A stretch of DNA of 64,000 nt, taken from contig OY843592.1 in NCBI GenBank assembly GCA_963692865.2, positions 1,824,001-1,888,000 of the forward strand, written 5' to 3'. The notes below the pieces were generated by a model, which ran no database searches, was not told the origin of the DNA, and saw nothing but the letters and a program-made list of their open reading frames with translations. Each line of letters begins with the position of its first letter. The first letter of the stretch is position 1. A program made the translations under genes and the position numbers. The DNA comes from a bacterium. Its GTDB lineage: Bacteria > UBA8248. Below are positions 18,275 through 27,342 of the stretch, in pieces.

Positions 18275-18342
18275 GAGAAGACGCCTCCTTGAGCGGCCCT
18301 GGCGCTCGTAATCGACCCTTCGCGGGTCTCGGTGGAGATAAC

Positions 18343-18486
18343 GCCGGCAGGCCGGTCTTCTGGCTCGCGCCGATGGCCGCCCCTCATTCCTTCCCGGGTG
18401 TGTCCCGGTGGACTGCATGGGGGGCGCGTCGCTTACAGCTGCCGGGCAGCTCCGGTTTCGCACCGGATTCCCGTACACCTGCCGGC
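18343..18486 (-). promoter_or_regulatory. cobalamin riboswitch (proximal)
   Basis: GGGAATCCGGTGCGAAACCGGAGCTGCCCGGCAGCTGT...CCACCGGG..GGGAAGG...GAGCCAGAAGACC; P1 GCCGGCAGG/CCTGCCGGC. Confidence 0.88.
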
Positions 18487-18517
18487 TGTTTCAGCGGCGG
18501 TTTGCTCCGCCGCGCTT

Positions 18518-18752
18518 GTGGCTGTTGAAAAAGCCTCCCAAAAACAAGAAATGGATTACTCAATCGACATACGCTTGTGAAATAACACCCCCTTGCAGAG
18601 CGGCCAACAACCACTCCCCCCTTGAGGGGGTTGTTGAAAAAGCCGGCGAGGGAAAATTTATTTGTGTGTAGGTCGGACATATATGTCCGACATATATGCG
18701 ACCCTGAATTTTTTCACCCACTACACGGGCCGCATGTATGCGGCCCCTACAA
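18518..18752. repeat. REP/MITE mosaic between the riboswitches
   Basis: GGCTGTTGAAAAA, CCCCCTTGAGGGGG and GTAGGTCGGACATATATGTCCGAC. Confidence 0.8.
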
Positions 18753-18947
18753 AAGCCGTCCCTTCCCCGGTCGCGTCAAACCTTCATTTATCGGGACTTT
18801 TCACCAACTCCCGCTTATAACAAAAGATCGGGCGCGCATCCGCCGTGTTGAGCGCGTGCTCTGGTCGCTGCTCTCGATTCGGGGCGTGATGATGCGCAAG
18901 ATACCACCCACCTCCCGTTCCGCGAGGACGTGACGGGTCAAAAGATT

Positions 18948-19109
18948 GACGCAGGTCGGTCTCCTGGCTTCCGGATCATCCTACTCACGGCCCCTTCCCG
19001 GCGGCGTGCGCCAGTGGATATGGCCGCTTTCGTCCCCGGTCACAGTGGCGGGTCCGCGCCGGATTCTCACCGGCTTCCCGGGCTTTCACCGAGAAAGCCC
19101 ACCTGCGAC
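18948..19109 (-). promoter_or_regulatory. cobalamin riboswitch (distal)
   Basis: GGGAAGCCGGTGAGAATCCGGCGCGGACCCGCCACTGT...CCACTGG..GGGAAGG...AGCCAGGAGACC. Confidence 0.9.
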
Positions 19110-19164
19110 GGGTCGGAACAAATCCAAGTCAACTCAATGAATCAACGCGCTACAATGAGCAGTA

Positions 19165-19668
19165 TTACACCGCCTCGTACTTGTCGCGCGTGATGGTGTC
19201 GAGATCGATGCCTTCGATGCGGACGAGGCGCGTCTCCCCCTCGCGCTTGGGCGAGTGGAATTCCCCCACGTCATAGGCCTTGGAGAGACCCGGCGTGAGG
19301 TCGTAGCTGCGCACGGCGCGCACCTTGCCGGGCGCCGCGCCGTTGGGCCGCTCGACGAGCTCGTAGTCCGTCATCGTGGTGGTTCCCACCGCCTGGCCGT
19401 AGATGGCCCACGATTCGCCGTGATCGTGCGGGGAGCTTCCGGTCACGCCCTTGTGCACGTGGGCGAAGATGCAAAAGCCGAGTTCGGGGTCCTTGTACAG
19501 CATCTGGCGGGGGGAGTCGTTGTCCGGCCCCAGGTGCTCCTGCACGAACTCCTGGTTCACCAGCACTTTCTCCAGGGCGTCGCTCACCTTCTGGAGGCCC
19601 GCCTTGCTCGAATCCGCTTTCAGTATGTCGTGGCATTCGGCTGCGAATTTGTCGAGAATTTCACCCAT
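19165..19668 (-). CDS. cupin / cysteine-dioxygenase-like protein
   Basis: SPHDHGESWAIYG...G.FHSP metal-binding cupin motif. Confidence 0.7.
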   Translation of the reverse strand: MGEILDKFAAECHDILKADSSKAGLQKVSDALEKVLVNQEFVQEHLGPDNDSPRQMLYKDPELGFCIFAHVHKGVTGSSPHDHGESWAIYGQAVGTTTMTDYELVERPNGAAPGKVRAVRSYDLTPGLSKAYDVGEFHSPKREGETRLVRIEGIDLDTITRDKYEAV

Positions 19669-19833
19669 CGTTCGCTCTCCTTGTAATTGAGAGATTGATT
19701 TTTTCCTCATTTTAACGGCAGCCCGCGTCTTTTGCAAAACGATTGAGAGGGGAGCGTGCTTTTCCCGGTTTCGGTGTATGATTCGCGGACAACTTCAATA
19801 CGGCGGAAAACGAACTTATTGCATGGAGCTTTG

Positions 19834-20610
19834 ATGGATTCGGCGAAACAGCGCAACATCGAGACCTTCACGCGGATGGCCGAGACCTACGGCGGCTATT
19901 ACAGCGACGCGGAACAGGCGCGCCTCGGCGCGATGGCCGAGCGGGTCGGTTTCGGCGCGGGTTCCTGTCTGGTCGATTTCGGGATGGGCACGGGCACGTC
20001 CGCAAAGCCCTTTCTGGCGGCGGGCGGGAGCGTGGTGGGGTTGGACCTCACCCCCGCGATGGCCACCAGAGGGCGCGAGCGCCTGCGCGAATGGGGGCTT
20101 GAGGCGAACGCCCGCTACGTCATGGCGAACGCGCACGACGCGCCCCTTCAGGCTGCGGCCGCCGACGCGGCCATCTGCAGGCACACGTTCCATCATCTGG
20201 ATGACCCCAAAAAAGTTTTCGCCGAAATGGCCCGCGCCGTCCGTCCTGGCGGCCACGTCTTCCTGATCGACTATCACTACCCGGACGAGGCGGAGGAGCG
20301 CGAGAAAATAGAGGCGCTCGACAGAATCCGCGAGCCGACCATCACGCGGCATTTATCCGGTAAGGAAATGGAAGACTTGTTCAGGAAAGAGGGAATCGAG
20401 ATCGCGGAGACCGTCGTCGACCGCACGGAAACGACCTTCGATGAGTGGATGGACATCGCCAAGACCTCGCCGGACGAGTTCCCGAAACTGAGAGCCGCCT
20501 TCGAGGCGCTGCGCGATCGGGGCGGAAGCTGGTATGAGGAAAGCGGCGAGGGCGCGGAATTCTCCATCATCAGAAAACGCCTGACCATACTGGGCCAAAA
20601 ACCGGCCTGA
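19834..20610 (+). CDS. class I SAM-dependent methyltransferase
   Basis: VDFGMGTG, GLDLTPAM, FHHL...EMARAVRPGG. Confidence 0.85.
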   Translation: MDSAKQRNIETFTRMAETYGGYYSDAEQARLGAMAERVGFGAGSCLVDFGMGTGTSAKPFLAAGGSVVGLDLTPAMATRGRERLREWGLEANARYVMANAHDAPLQAAAADAAICRHTFHHLDDPKKVFAEMARAVRPGGHVFLIDYHYPDEAEEREKIEALDRIREPTITRHLSGKEMEDLFRKEGIEIAETVVDRTETTFDEWMDIAKTSPDEFPKLRAAFEALRDRGGSWYEESGEGAEFSIIRKRLTILGQKPA

Positions 20611-20940
20611 ATATCTTTTCTCCTCAAAGCTCCTGTGGCGCGCGCGATGTTCGATTCCCACCCTCAGCAGTTGCGAAGCAGCATTTGACGCGATTGATGA
20701 GGGGTTGTTGAAAAAGCCCCCCTCGGTAGTAATTGACGAGCGGGAAAGGGGATGTTTGTAGGGGCCGCATACATGCGGCCCTGGTTTTTGTGTCCACGAA
20801 AAGGGACGCATGTATGCGTCCCCTACACCGAACGGCGGCCGTAGTAGGGCCGTTCGCGAACGGCCCCTGCAAGATCGTCAGATCGGCGCGGGTGCCTGTC
20901 CTGTCGCGCTCGGGATGAGGGGGGGTGTTCGTTGCTCCCC

Positions 20941-22632
20941 TCAAAGCTCCTGCGGCGGGCTGCCCAATGGTGCGGGCTTCACGACCGCGTCGATGAGGTA
21001 GGGTTTGTCGCCCCGGGCGGCTTCCGCGAGGCGCGCCTCCAGTTCATCGGGCGAATGGACGCGCGCCGCCTCCACGCCCATCGATTCCGCCAGCTTGATG
21101 AAGTCGAGGCTGGGTTCCGTCAGGTCCATGCCGACGAAGCGATTAAACTCCTTCGCCTTGCCGTCCAGGGCGAGTACGCGCCCTTTCAGGATGTGGTAGG
21201 CCCCGTTGTTCGCGATGACGAAAATTGCGCCGACCCCGTATTTCGCCGCCGTCCAGAGGGTCTGGTTGGAGTACATGGCCGATCCATCCCCCGAGAGGCA
21301 GATGACGGGACGATCCGGCGTCGCTATCTTGGCGCCCAGCGCCATGGGCAGGCCGTTACCGATGCCGCCGCCTTTTCTCCCGAAAATCTGGGACGCGTTG
21401 CGCCCCACCGCTCGCCGGAAGCCGGGCCCGGCGGAGGTGAGCGCCTCATCCACCCACACGGACCCCTCGGGCGCGCCCGCGCCGAGCGCGCGGTGAAAGG
21501 CGGGGAGCGGCATGCCTTCCGAATAATCGTCTTCTTCTGCCGGGGGAGATGCGGTCTCTTGCGCGCTCTGGTTTTCCCCCGCGAGCCGCTCCGCGCGCGC
21601 TTTCGCTCGTTCGGCTTCAACCGCCGTCTGCGCGCGCGCCACGGCCTCAGTCAAAACGGGAAGCGTCGTTTTCGGGTCGCCGTAGAGTGCGGCGTCGAGC
21701 CCGAAGTTCTTGCCCATCTCCCAGGCGCTCAGGTCCAGATGAACCACGCGGCAGCTCTCGGGCAGCGGCCGCACGTCGGCGGGGTATGAGAACAGGAAAA
21801 CCTCCGTGCCGACCAGGAAGACCAGGTCTGATTCCGAAAGACGCTCTCTCAAGGGCCCCGCGAGGATGGGGAGTTTCCCGGCGTAGAGCGGGTGCGCCAT
21901 GGGATATGCGATCACGTTGGCGAAGTTCTCCTCATACGCCTTCGCGCCGATTTGCTCGGCGAAGCGCGCCAACTCATCCAGCGCGCCCGAATGCGCCACG
22001 CCCGCGCCTGCGACGATGCAGGGCCGCTCGGCTCGCGCGATGAGCGCGGCCGCCGCCTCGATGGACTCGGCCGATGCGGCGAAGCGCGTGTGGATGCGCG
22101 TGGGTTTTTCCTGGAGACCCGAAGCGGCGCTGAGCATGACGTCGCCGGGCAGGGAGAGGAAGACCGGCCCCGTCGGCGGCGTGAGGCTCACCTTGACGGC
22201 GCGCCGCACGGCCTGTTCCAGGTCCTCGACGCGTCGCACCTCGTAGGACCACTTCACGAGCGGCTCCGCCATGCGCGCGAGATCGTCATGGAGGATGATT
22301 TCCTGAAAATGTCCGCTCTGGGGCTGGTTGCCGGCGGTGACGAGCATGGGCGCGCCCGAGCGCTTTGCGTTGTAGAGGAGTCCCATCGCGTTGCCGAGGC
22401 CGGGCGCCACGTGGAGGTTCACGGCGGCGGGCCTGCCGGTGCTGAGGCCGTATCCCTCCGCCGCCGAAACCGCCACGCCCTCGTGCAGCGTGAGGATGAA
22501 CTCGAGCCTCTCCTCGTTCACCAGCGCGTCCATGAGGGGGAGTTCCGTCGTGCCCGGGTTTCCGAACAGGTGCGTCACGCCCTCATCGAGCAGGGTTTCG
22601 AGCAGCAAGGATGCGCCGTTCGCGTTTCTCAT
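20941..22632 (-). CDS. ThDP-dependent enzyme (benzoylformate decarboxylase-like)
   Basis: FGNPGTTELP, LHE, GDGSAMY...NN motifs. Confidence 0.88.
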   Translation of the reverse strand: MRNANGASLLLETLLDEGVTHLFGNPGTTELPLMDALVNEERLEFILTLHEGVAVSAAEGYGLSTGRPAAVNLHVAPGLGNAMGLLYNAKRSGAPMLVTAGNQPQSGHFQEIILHDDLARMAEPLVKWSYEVRRVEDLEQAVRRAVKVSLTPPTGPVFLSLPGDVMLSAASGLQEKPTRIHTRFAASAESIEAAAALIARAERPCIVAGAGVAHSGALDELARFAEQIGAKAYEENFANVIAYPMAHPLYAGKLPILAGPLRERLSESDLVFLVGTEVFLFSYPADVRPLPESCRVVHLDLSAWEMGKNFGLDAALYGDPKTTLPVLTEAVARAQTAVEAERAKARAERLAGENQSAQETASPPAEEDDYSEGMPLPAFHRALGAGAPEGSVWVDEALTSAGPGFRRAVGRNASQIFGRKGGGIGNGLPMALGAKIATPDRPVICLSGDGSAMYSNQTLWTAAKYGVGAIFVIANNGAYHILKGRVLALDGKAKEFNRFVGMDLTEPSLDFIKLAESMGVEAARVHSPDELEARLAEAARGDKPYLIDAVVKPAPLGSPPQEL

Positions 22633-22667
22633 CTATCTGGCCTCTGGATGTGTGGATACGATATGGA

Positions 22668-23402
22668 TTAGTGGAAATGAATGCCGCCGTTCAGCAGAAG
22701 GGTCTGTCCGGTGATGTAGCCGTTTCGGACCATCAGCATGACGGCGTCGACCGTCTCCTCCACCGTCCCGAACCTCCCCATCGGGGAGTGAGGCGCGGTT
22801 ACGCCGAGGTCGTCGGTCATCATGTCGGTCTTTACGACAGCAGGCGCCACGCTGTTCACCGTGATTCCTTCTTTCACCAGGGCGGCGGCGTAGGCGTGGG
22901 TGAGGCCGTGCATGCCCGCCTTGGACGCCGCGTAGTGCGGGCCGATGCGCCCGCCCGTGAATGCGGCGTTCGATGAGATGTTCACGATTCTTCCCCAACG
23001 CGCTTCCTTCATGCCGGGCAGGACGGCCTGGGTGAGCAGGAACGCGGATTTGAGGTTCACGTCGAGCGTGGCGTCCCAGTCGGATTCGGTGAGTTCATCG
23101 AAGGGTTTCTTGATGGCGATCCCGGCATTGTTGACGAGCATCGAGACGGGGCCGAAGCGCTCCCTCGTCTCATCCACCAGGCGTCGCACGTCTTGAGCGT
23201 CCGAAACGTCCGCCTTAACGACAAAGGCCTCCCCGCCCGCTTCATCTATCCGGCGGCGGGTTTCCTCCGCTTCGTCCGCGCGTTCGCGGTAGTTCACCGC
23301 CACGCGGCAGCCCGCGCTCCCCAGCGCCACCGCGCATCCGCGTCCGATTCCCCGGCTCGCGCCGGTGACGATGCAGGTTTTTCCCCTCAAGTCCGTGGCC
23401 AT
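22668..23402 (-). CDS. SDR family oxidoreductase (FabG-like)
   Basis: TGASRGIG, NNAG, YAASK. Confidence 0.9.
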   Translation of the reverse strand: MATDLRGKTCIVTGASRGIGRGCAVALGSAGCRVAVNYRERADEAEETRRRIDEAGGEAFVVKADVSDAQDVRRLVDETRERFGPVSMLVNNAGIAIKKPFDELTESDWDATLDVNLKSAFLLTQAVLPGMKEARWGRIVNISSNAAFTGGRIGPHYAASKAGMHGLTHAYAAALVKEGITVNSVAPAVVKTDMMTDDLGVTAPHSPMGRFGTVEETVDAVMLMVRNGYITGQTLLLNGGIHFH

Positions 23403-23529
23403 TCCATGTCCTCACAGTATGTATAAGAGGCTCGTATCCTAATTCATCCGCCGCGGGAAGGGCAGTCGCGGCTGGGAATTTTATGATGGCCGGCGCTGTA
23501 GGACAGTCACATTGTAGAACCTCAAGACA

Positions 23530-24414
23530 TCACTCCCCCCACACGACGGCCCATGCGCCCAGCACTGAGCAGGCCCCGCCGATGATGACCTGCGCGCTCA
23601 CGCGCTCTTGTTTCCTGAAAAAAAGCCAGGAGAAGAGGATGACGATCAGGATCGAGAGCCGGTTGATGGGAACCACCTGGATGACCTCGCCGTCCTTGAT
23701 CGCCCACCAGAAGAAGAACGCGGCCAGGAAGTTGCACGTCGCGCCCAGCGTCGTGACGAGGAGCGAATGTCGGGTGAAGGGGCCGCTTTTCATCTGGAGC
23801 GTCGGGAAGAAGAAGGCGCTGGCGAGCAGGAGCGTGAGCGTCGTCATGTTCGAGACGCTCATCCCCAGCGTAACCGAGGGGATGTGGACGAAGCCGTATT
23901 TGCGCACGATGTGGGAGATGCTCGCAAAGGCCGCGCCCGCCACGGGGATGAGGTAATAGGTGAGCGGGATGCGCCTCCGGGCGGCTTTCTTGTCGTAGAG
24001 GAGCAGGACGCCTCCCGCCATGATGCCCAGCGTCCCGGCCGCCACCAGTGGGGTGAGCCTCTCGCCGAGCAGGAGCACGGCCAGCCCCGAGGACCAGACG
24101 AGGCCCGTCTGCGTCAGGATGGGCGTGCGGGCCAGCCCCACCAGCTTGATGGATATCATCCCCATGTAGCGCCCGCCCAGACCGCCGACCGCGCCCACGA
24201 GGACGAACCACAGGATTCCGTAGAGCGGCCAGTGGCCGAGTCCTTCGCCCATCGCGTAGAGGCCGAGCGCGAAGATGGTGGTGATGACGGTCGCGATCAC
24301 CGTCGTCACGAGCGGGCTCAGGCTCATGAGCGCCCCCCGGTAGAGCGTCCTGGCGACGGAGATGAAAAACGCCGAGAGAAGCGCCATCAGGTTGGGATGC
24401 AGGGAGTCGAACAA
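23530..24414 (-). CDS. EamA/DMT transporter
   Basis: About 10 TM helices in two repeats, LLGERL and FRKQE ends; start uncertain. Confidence 0.8.
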   Translation of the reverse strand: MFDSLHPNLMALLSAFFISVARTLYRGALMSLSPLVTTVIATVITTIFALGLYAMGEGLGHWPLYGILWFVLVGAVGGLGGRYMGMISIKLVGLARTPILTQTGLVWSSGLAVLLLGERLTPLVAAGTLGIMAGGVLLLYDKKAARRRIPLTYYLIPVAGAAFASISHIVRKYGFVHIPSVTLGMSVSNMTTLTLLLASAFFFPTLQMKSGPFTRHSLLVTTLGATCNFLAAFFFWWAIKDGEVIQVVPINRLSILIVILFSWLFFRKQERVSAQVIIGGACSVLGAWAVVWGE

Positions 24415-24574
24415 GTGGAAAACTCTAGATAAGAGAAAACGCCATTATCCACGGGCGGGTAGGGCGGGGCAAGGCGGAGAGGTTTCGAGCGGAAAGGGAG
24501 GATTGCGTCTTTGTAGGGGCGGACACGCAGGTCCGCCCCTACGGGGGAAAACCAGCCAGAAATTGCCGAGGAAA

Positions 24575-25297
24575 CTACACGGTGTGTTGCGCGGACGAGG
24601 CAGTCACCGCCCCGTTCGCCGCCTGCACGCCTCCGTTCACGGGCGCGCGCATCATCCGCTTGAGCGTGAGCACGGCGCTCTCGGGGCTGCTCAGCACCTT
24701 CGCGTCAACGCGGCCGGAGACCTCACCCCGCGCCCGCGCCATCGAGAACTGCGCGAGCAGGACGACGTCGGCCAGAGGTTCTTCCGCCGCGGCCTGCGCG
24801 ATGAGAGCGTCGTGCGTCTGCGCATCGCCTGCCTGGAGCGCGTCGAGCGCGCCCGGCGCGTAGGAATCCTCAATATCAATCCGGCGCTTTCTTTGCGCGG
24901 CCAGGGCTTCGAGTTCGCGCCTTATCGAGGGGCCGGACGGCCTGAATGTGGAGAGGACCCGGATGCGGCCCCCAAGCGCCAGCGCCTCATTGAGCATCGC
25001 CTGGTTGGGTTTCAGAACGGGTATCGGGAGCCTCGCCTGGGCGGTCTCTATCGCCGCGCCGAATGCCGAGCATGAGAAGAGAATGGCCTGAGCGCCGCCG
25101 CGATGCGCGAACGCGGCGAGGTTCTCCACGCGCTCGTTGATCTCGGACGTCAGGTGACCGATTCGCTCCAGATCGCGGGACAGGGATTCGTCGATGAGTT
25201 GGACGACCCCGGCTTCGGGCCAATGGCTTTCGAACGCGGCTTCGATGGGCGATACCGCGACGCGGGTCGCATGGATGACGCCGATGCGGGCGGACAT
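24575..25297 (-). CDS. Asp/Glu/hydantoin racemase-family protein
   Basis: IGVIHA, ILFSCSAFG, VLLAQFSMA. Confidence 0.75.
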   Translation of the reverse strand: MSARIGVIHATRVAVSPIEAAFESHWPEAGVVQLIDESLSRDLERIGHLTSEINERVENLAAFAHRGGAQAILFSCSAFGAAIETAQARLPIPVLKPNQAMLNEALALGGRIRVLSTFRPSGPSIRRELEALAAQRKRRIDIEDSYAPGALDALQAGDAQTHDALIAQAAAEEPLADVVLLAQFSMARARGEVSGRVDAKVLSSPESAVLTLKRMMRAPVNGGVQAANGAVTASSAQHTV

Positions 25298-25435
25298 GTT
25301 CCGAATACATCCTTTCCGAGACGATGACGTATGAAAATGACGACACAGAGCGCCGGATTCTAGGCGAAACGCGCTTTCATGGCAAGTCAATCGCGACCAA
25401 GGCGGGAGCGGTTGACAACTGATGAGGGAGTGTCT

Positions 25436-25515
25436 TGTAGGGGCGGACTTATGTGTCCGCCCGCTTGTATGTTCGTTATGGTGGTATTGGGGCGGACACA
25501 TAAGTCCGCCCCTAC
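25436..25515. repeat. REPIN-like inverted REP doublet
   Basis: GTAGGGGCGGACTTATGTGTCCGCCC ... GGGCGGACACATAAGTCCGCCCCTAC. Confidence 0.85.
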
Positions 25516-25533
25516 AAGACACTCTTTTTCTCC

Positions 25534-27303
25534 CTACTTCTCCGGCACCACGGGCAGCATGATGTAGGACGCGTGCTCGGGTCCGCAGTGGAGCGTCACG
25601 TTCTTGCCGAAAATCTCCTCGGGCCTGTCCGTGGGGTCGTCGTGCAGGAACGGCCCGCAGCCCCTGAACACGTTCTTCATGTTCGAGAGCCTGTGCGTGG
25701 TGACGCAACTGTATTCGTAGTCCTTTCCGCGAACGCTGAGCGCCAGCCGGTAGCCGGGGGGCACCACGATGCAGGTGGGCCAGACCTCGATGTCGAGCTC
25801 GTATATCTCGCCGGGATTCAGGTATTGCTTCTCATCATGCGCCTGGTAGGGTTTCCACTCCGTCGAGAGTTCGGGCACGAGCTTTCTTTGGGATGCTCTC
25901 AGCCAGCCCTGCGCGATGGGCGTGTTCGGGTCGAGCGTGCCCTGGAAGGTGATCTCCTTCATGTCGGGCGTGAACAGGCGCAGGACGAGGAACAAATCCG
26001 CGTCCTGTGTTTCTGAGGAGACGAAGAGTTTCGAAGCCATGGGGCCGGTTATCTCCGTCTCCTCATCGAACGGCGGCAGCATGAAGGTCACGCCGTCGCT
26101 GAAGCCCCCGTAGGTAATGGTCTGCTCGGTGTCGAGCGGCGCGGAATTCAGGTTCATGTGGGCCGGGTCGAGATAGAACTTCGTCCACTGCGTGCGCGCG
26201 AGCGGCCATTCGTTCTCGCCGCGCTCGACGAATTTTTCCCCCACGTGGCGCACCTTGAGCATGACGGGGGGCTTCTCCATCCAGCCGGTGTCCTCGCCTT
26301 TTAAGTAATGGCCGAAGAACTGTTTCTGGAGCTTCTCCCCGTAGGGGGTGTAAAACTCCGTCCAGTGCTCGAAGCCGTGGACTTCCAGCCATTTCTCCGT
26401 GGAGGCCGCGCGCATGAAGCCCTCGTAGTTTCCCCTGGGGTGCAGGCCCTGTCCGCCCCAGCTCGCCGCCGAGATGAAGGGCGTCTTGATCTTCTCCCAG
26501 TGGGCGGAGCGGTCCTGGTACCAATCGCCGTCCAGCGGACGCTCCAGGATGTCGCCCCCGTAGTCGGAGCGGTTTTTCTCCATTTCCTCCTCGCTCAGGG
26601 TGTCGGGGCCGCAGACCAGACCGCCGTGGACGCGGCTTTTGGGCCCGTTCTCGCCCAGGCCGTGCTGTACGCTTTTGACCTGCATGTCGTACCAGTTCGC
26701 GAGGAACGTGGTGAGGATGCCGCCCTGGTGGCTCATGTCGCGGTAGAAATCCGCCGCCCCCTCCCATACGCACATGGCTTCCAGGTACTTGGGCTGTAGC
26801 CCCGCCACGTGCCACTGGTTGATGGCGTAATACGATATGCCCGTGAGGCCCACCTTGCCGTTGCACCAGGATTGTTCGCCCGCCCATTCGATGCAGATGG
26901 CGAAGTCCTTCGTCTCGCGCGGGGAGAAGTGGTCGATATAGCCCGGCGAGCGGCCCGCGCCGCGCGAGTCCACGCGCACGCAGATGTAACCGTCCGGCAC
27001 CCATTTCTCGGGATCCACGACCTCCCAGCTCTGGTGGATGTTCGAGGATCCCGCGATGGCGTCGGGGTGCGCGGTGGCGAAAAGATCCCACGCCGTCTCG
27101 TAGCCGTCCTGCCAGGCGAGGTCCTTCGCGTAGGGGCCGTAGCTCAGGATGACCGGGTATTGGCCGTCGCCGTCGGGCCGGTAGACGTTCGCCCGTAGCA
27201 CCAGGCCGTCTTCCATCTTGATGGGGACGTCCCATTCGATGAGAAAGCCGTCGCGCTTTTCGGTTCGGTATTGCGGGTCCGTGCTCAGGTCGATGTCGCT
27301 CAT
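25534..27303 (-). CDS. CocE/NonD family hydrolase (paralog 1)
   Basis: YGPY.K, DSRGAGRSPG, GISYY nucleophile elbow. Confidence 0.9.
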   Translation of the reverse strand: MSDIDLSTDPQYRTEKRDGFLIEWDVPIKMEDGLVLRANVYRPDGDGQYPVILSYGPYAKDLAWQDGYETAWDLFATAHPDAIAGSSNIHQSWEVVDPEKWVPDGYICVRVDSRGAGRSPGYIDHFSPRETKDFAICIEWAGEQSWCNGKVGLTGISYYAINQWHVAGLQPKYLEAMCVWEGAADFYRDMSHQGGILTTFLANWYDMQVKSVQHGLGENGPKSRVHGGLVCGPDTLSEEEMEKNRSDYGGDILERPLDGDWYQDRSAHWEKIKTPFISAASWGGQGLHPRGNYEGFMRAASTEKWLEVHGFEHWTEFYTPYGEKLQKQFFGHYLKGEDTGWMEKPPVMLKVRHVGEKFVERGENEWPLARTQWTKFYLDPAHMNLNSAPLDTEQTITYGGFSDGVTFMLPPFDEETEITGPMASKLFVSSETQDADLFLVLRLFTPDMKEITFQGTLDPNTPIAQGWLRASQRKLVPELSTEWKPYQAHDEKQYLNPGEIYELDIEVWPTCIVVPPGYRLALSVRGKDYEYSCVTTHRLSNMKNVFRGCGPFLHDDPTDRPEEIFGKNVTLHCGPEHASYIMLPVVPEK

Positions 27304-27342
27304 GTTCACCTCATCTCGTCAGGGTAAGTTTTATCTTCCACC

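Noticed and set aside
18275-18478. N-terminal extensions of btuB (and of btuF, btuD and the racemase) in the ORF track
   Set aside because: They run through riboswitch, repeat or upstream-gene sequence; downstream ATGs have better RBS or translational coupling.
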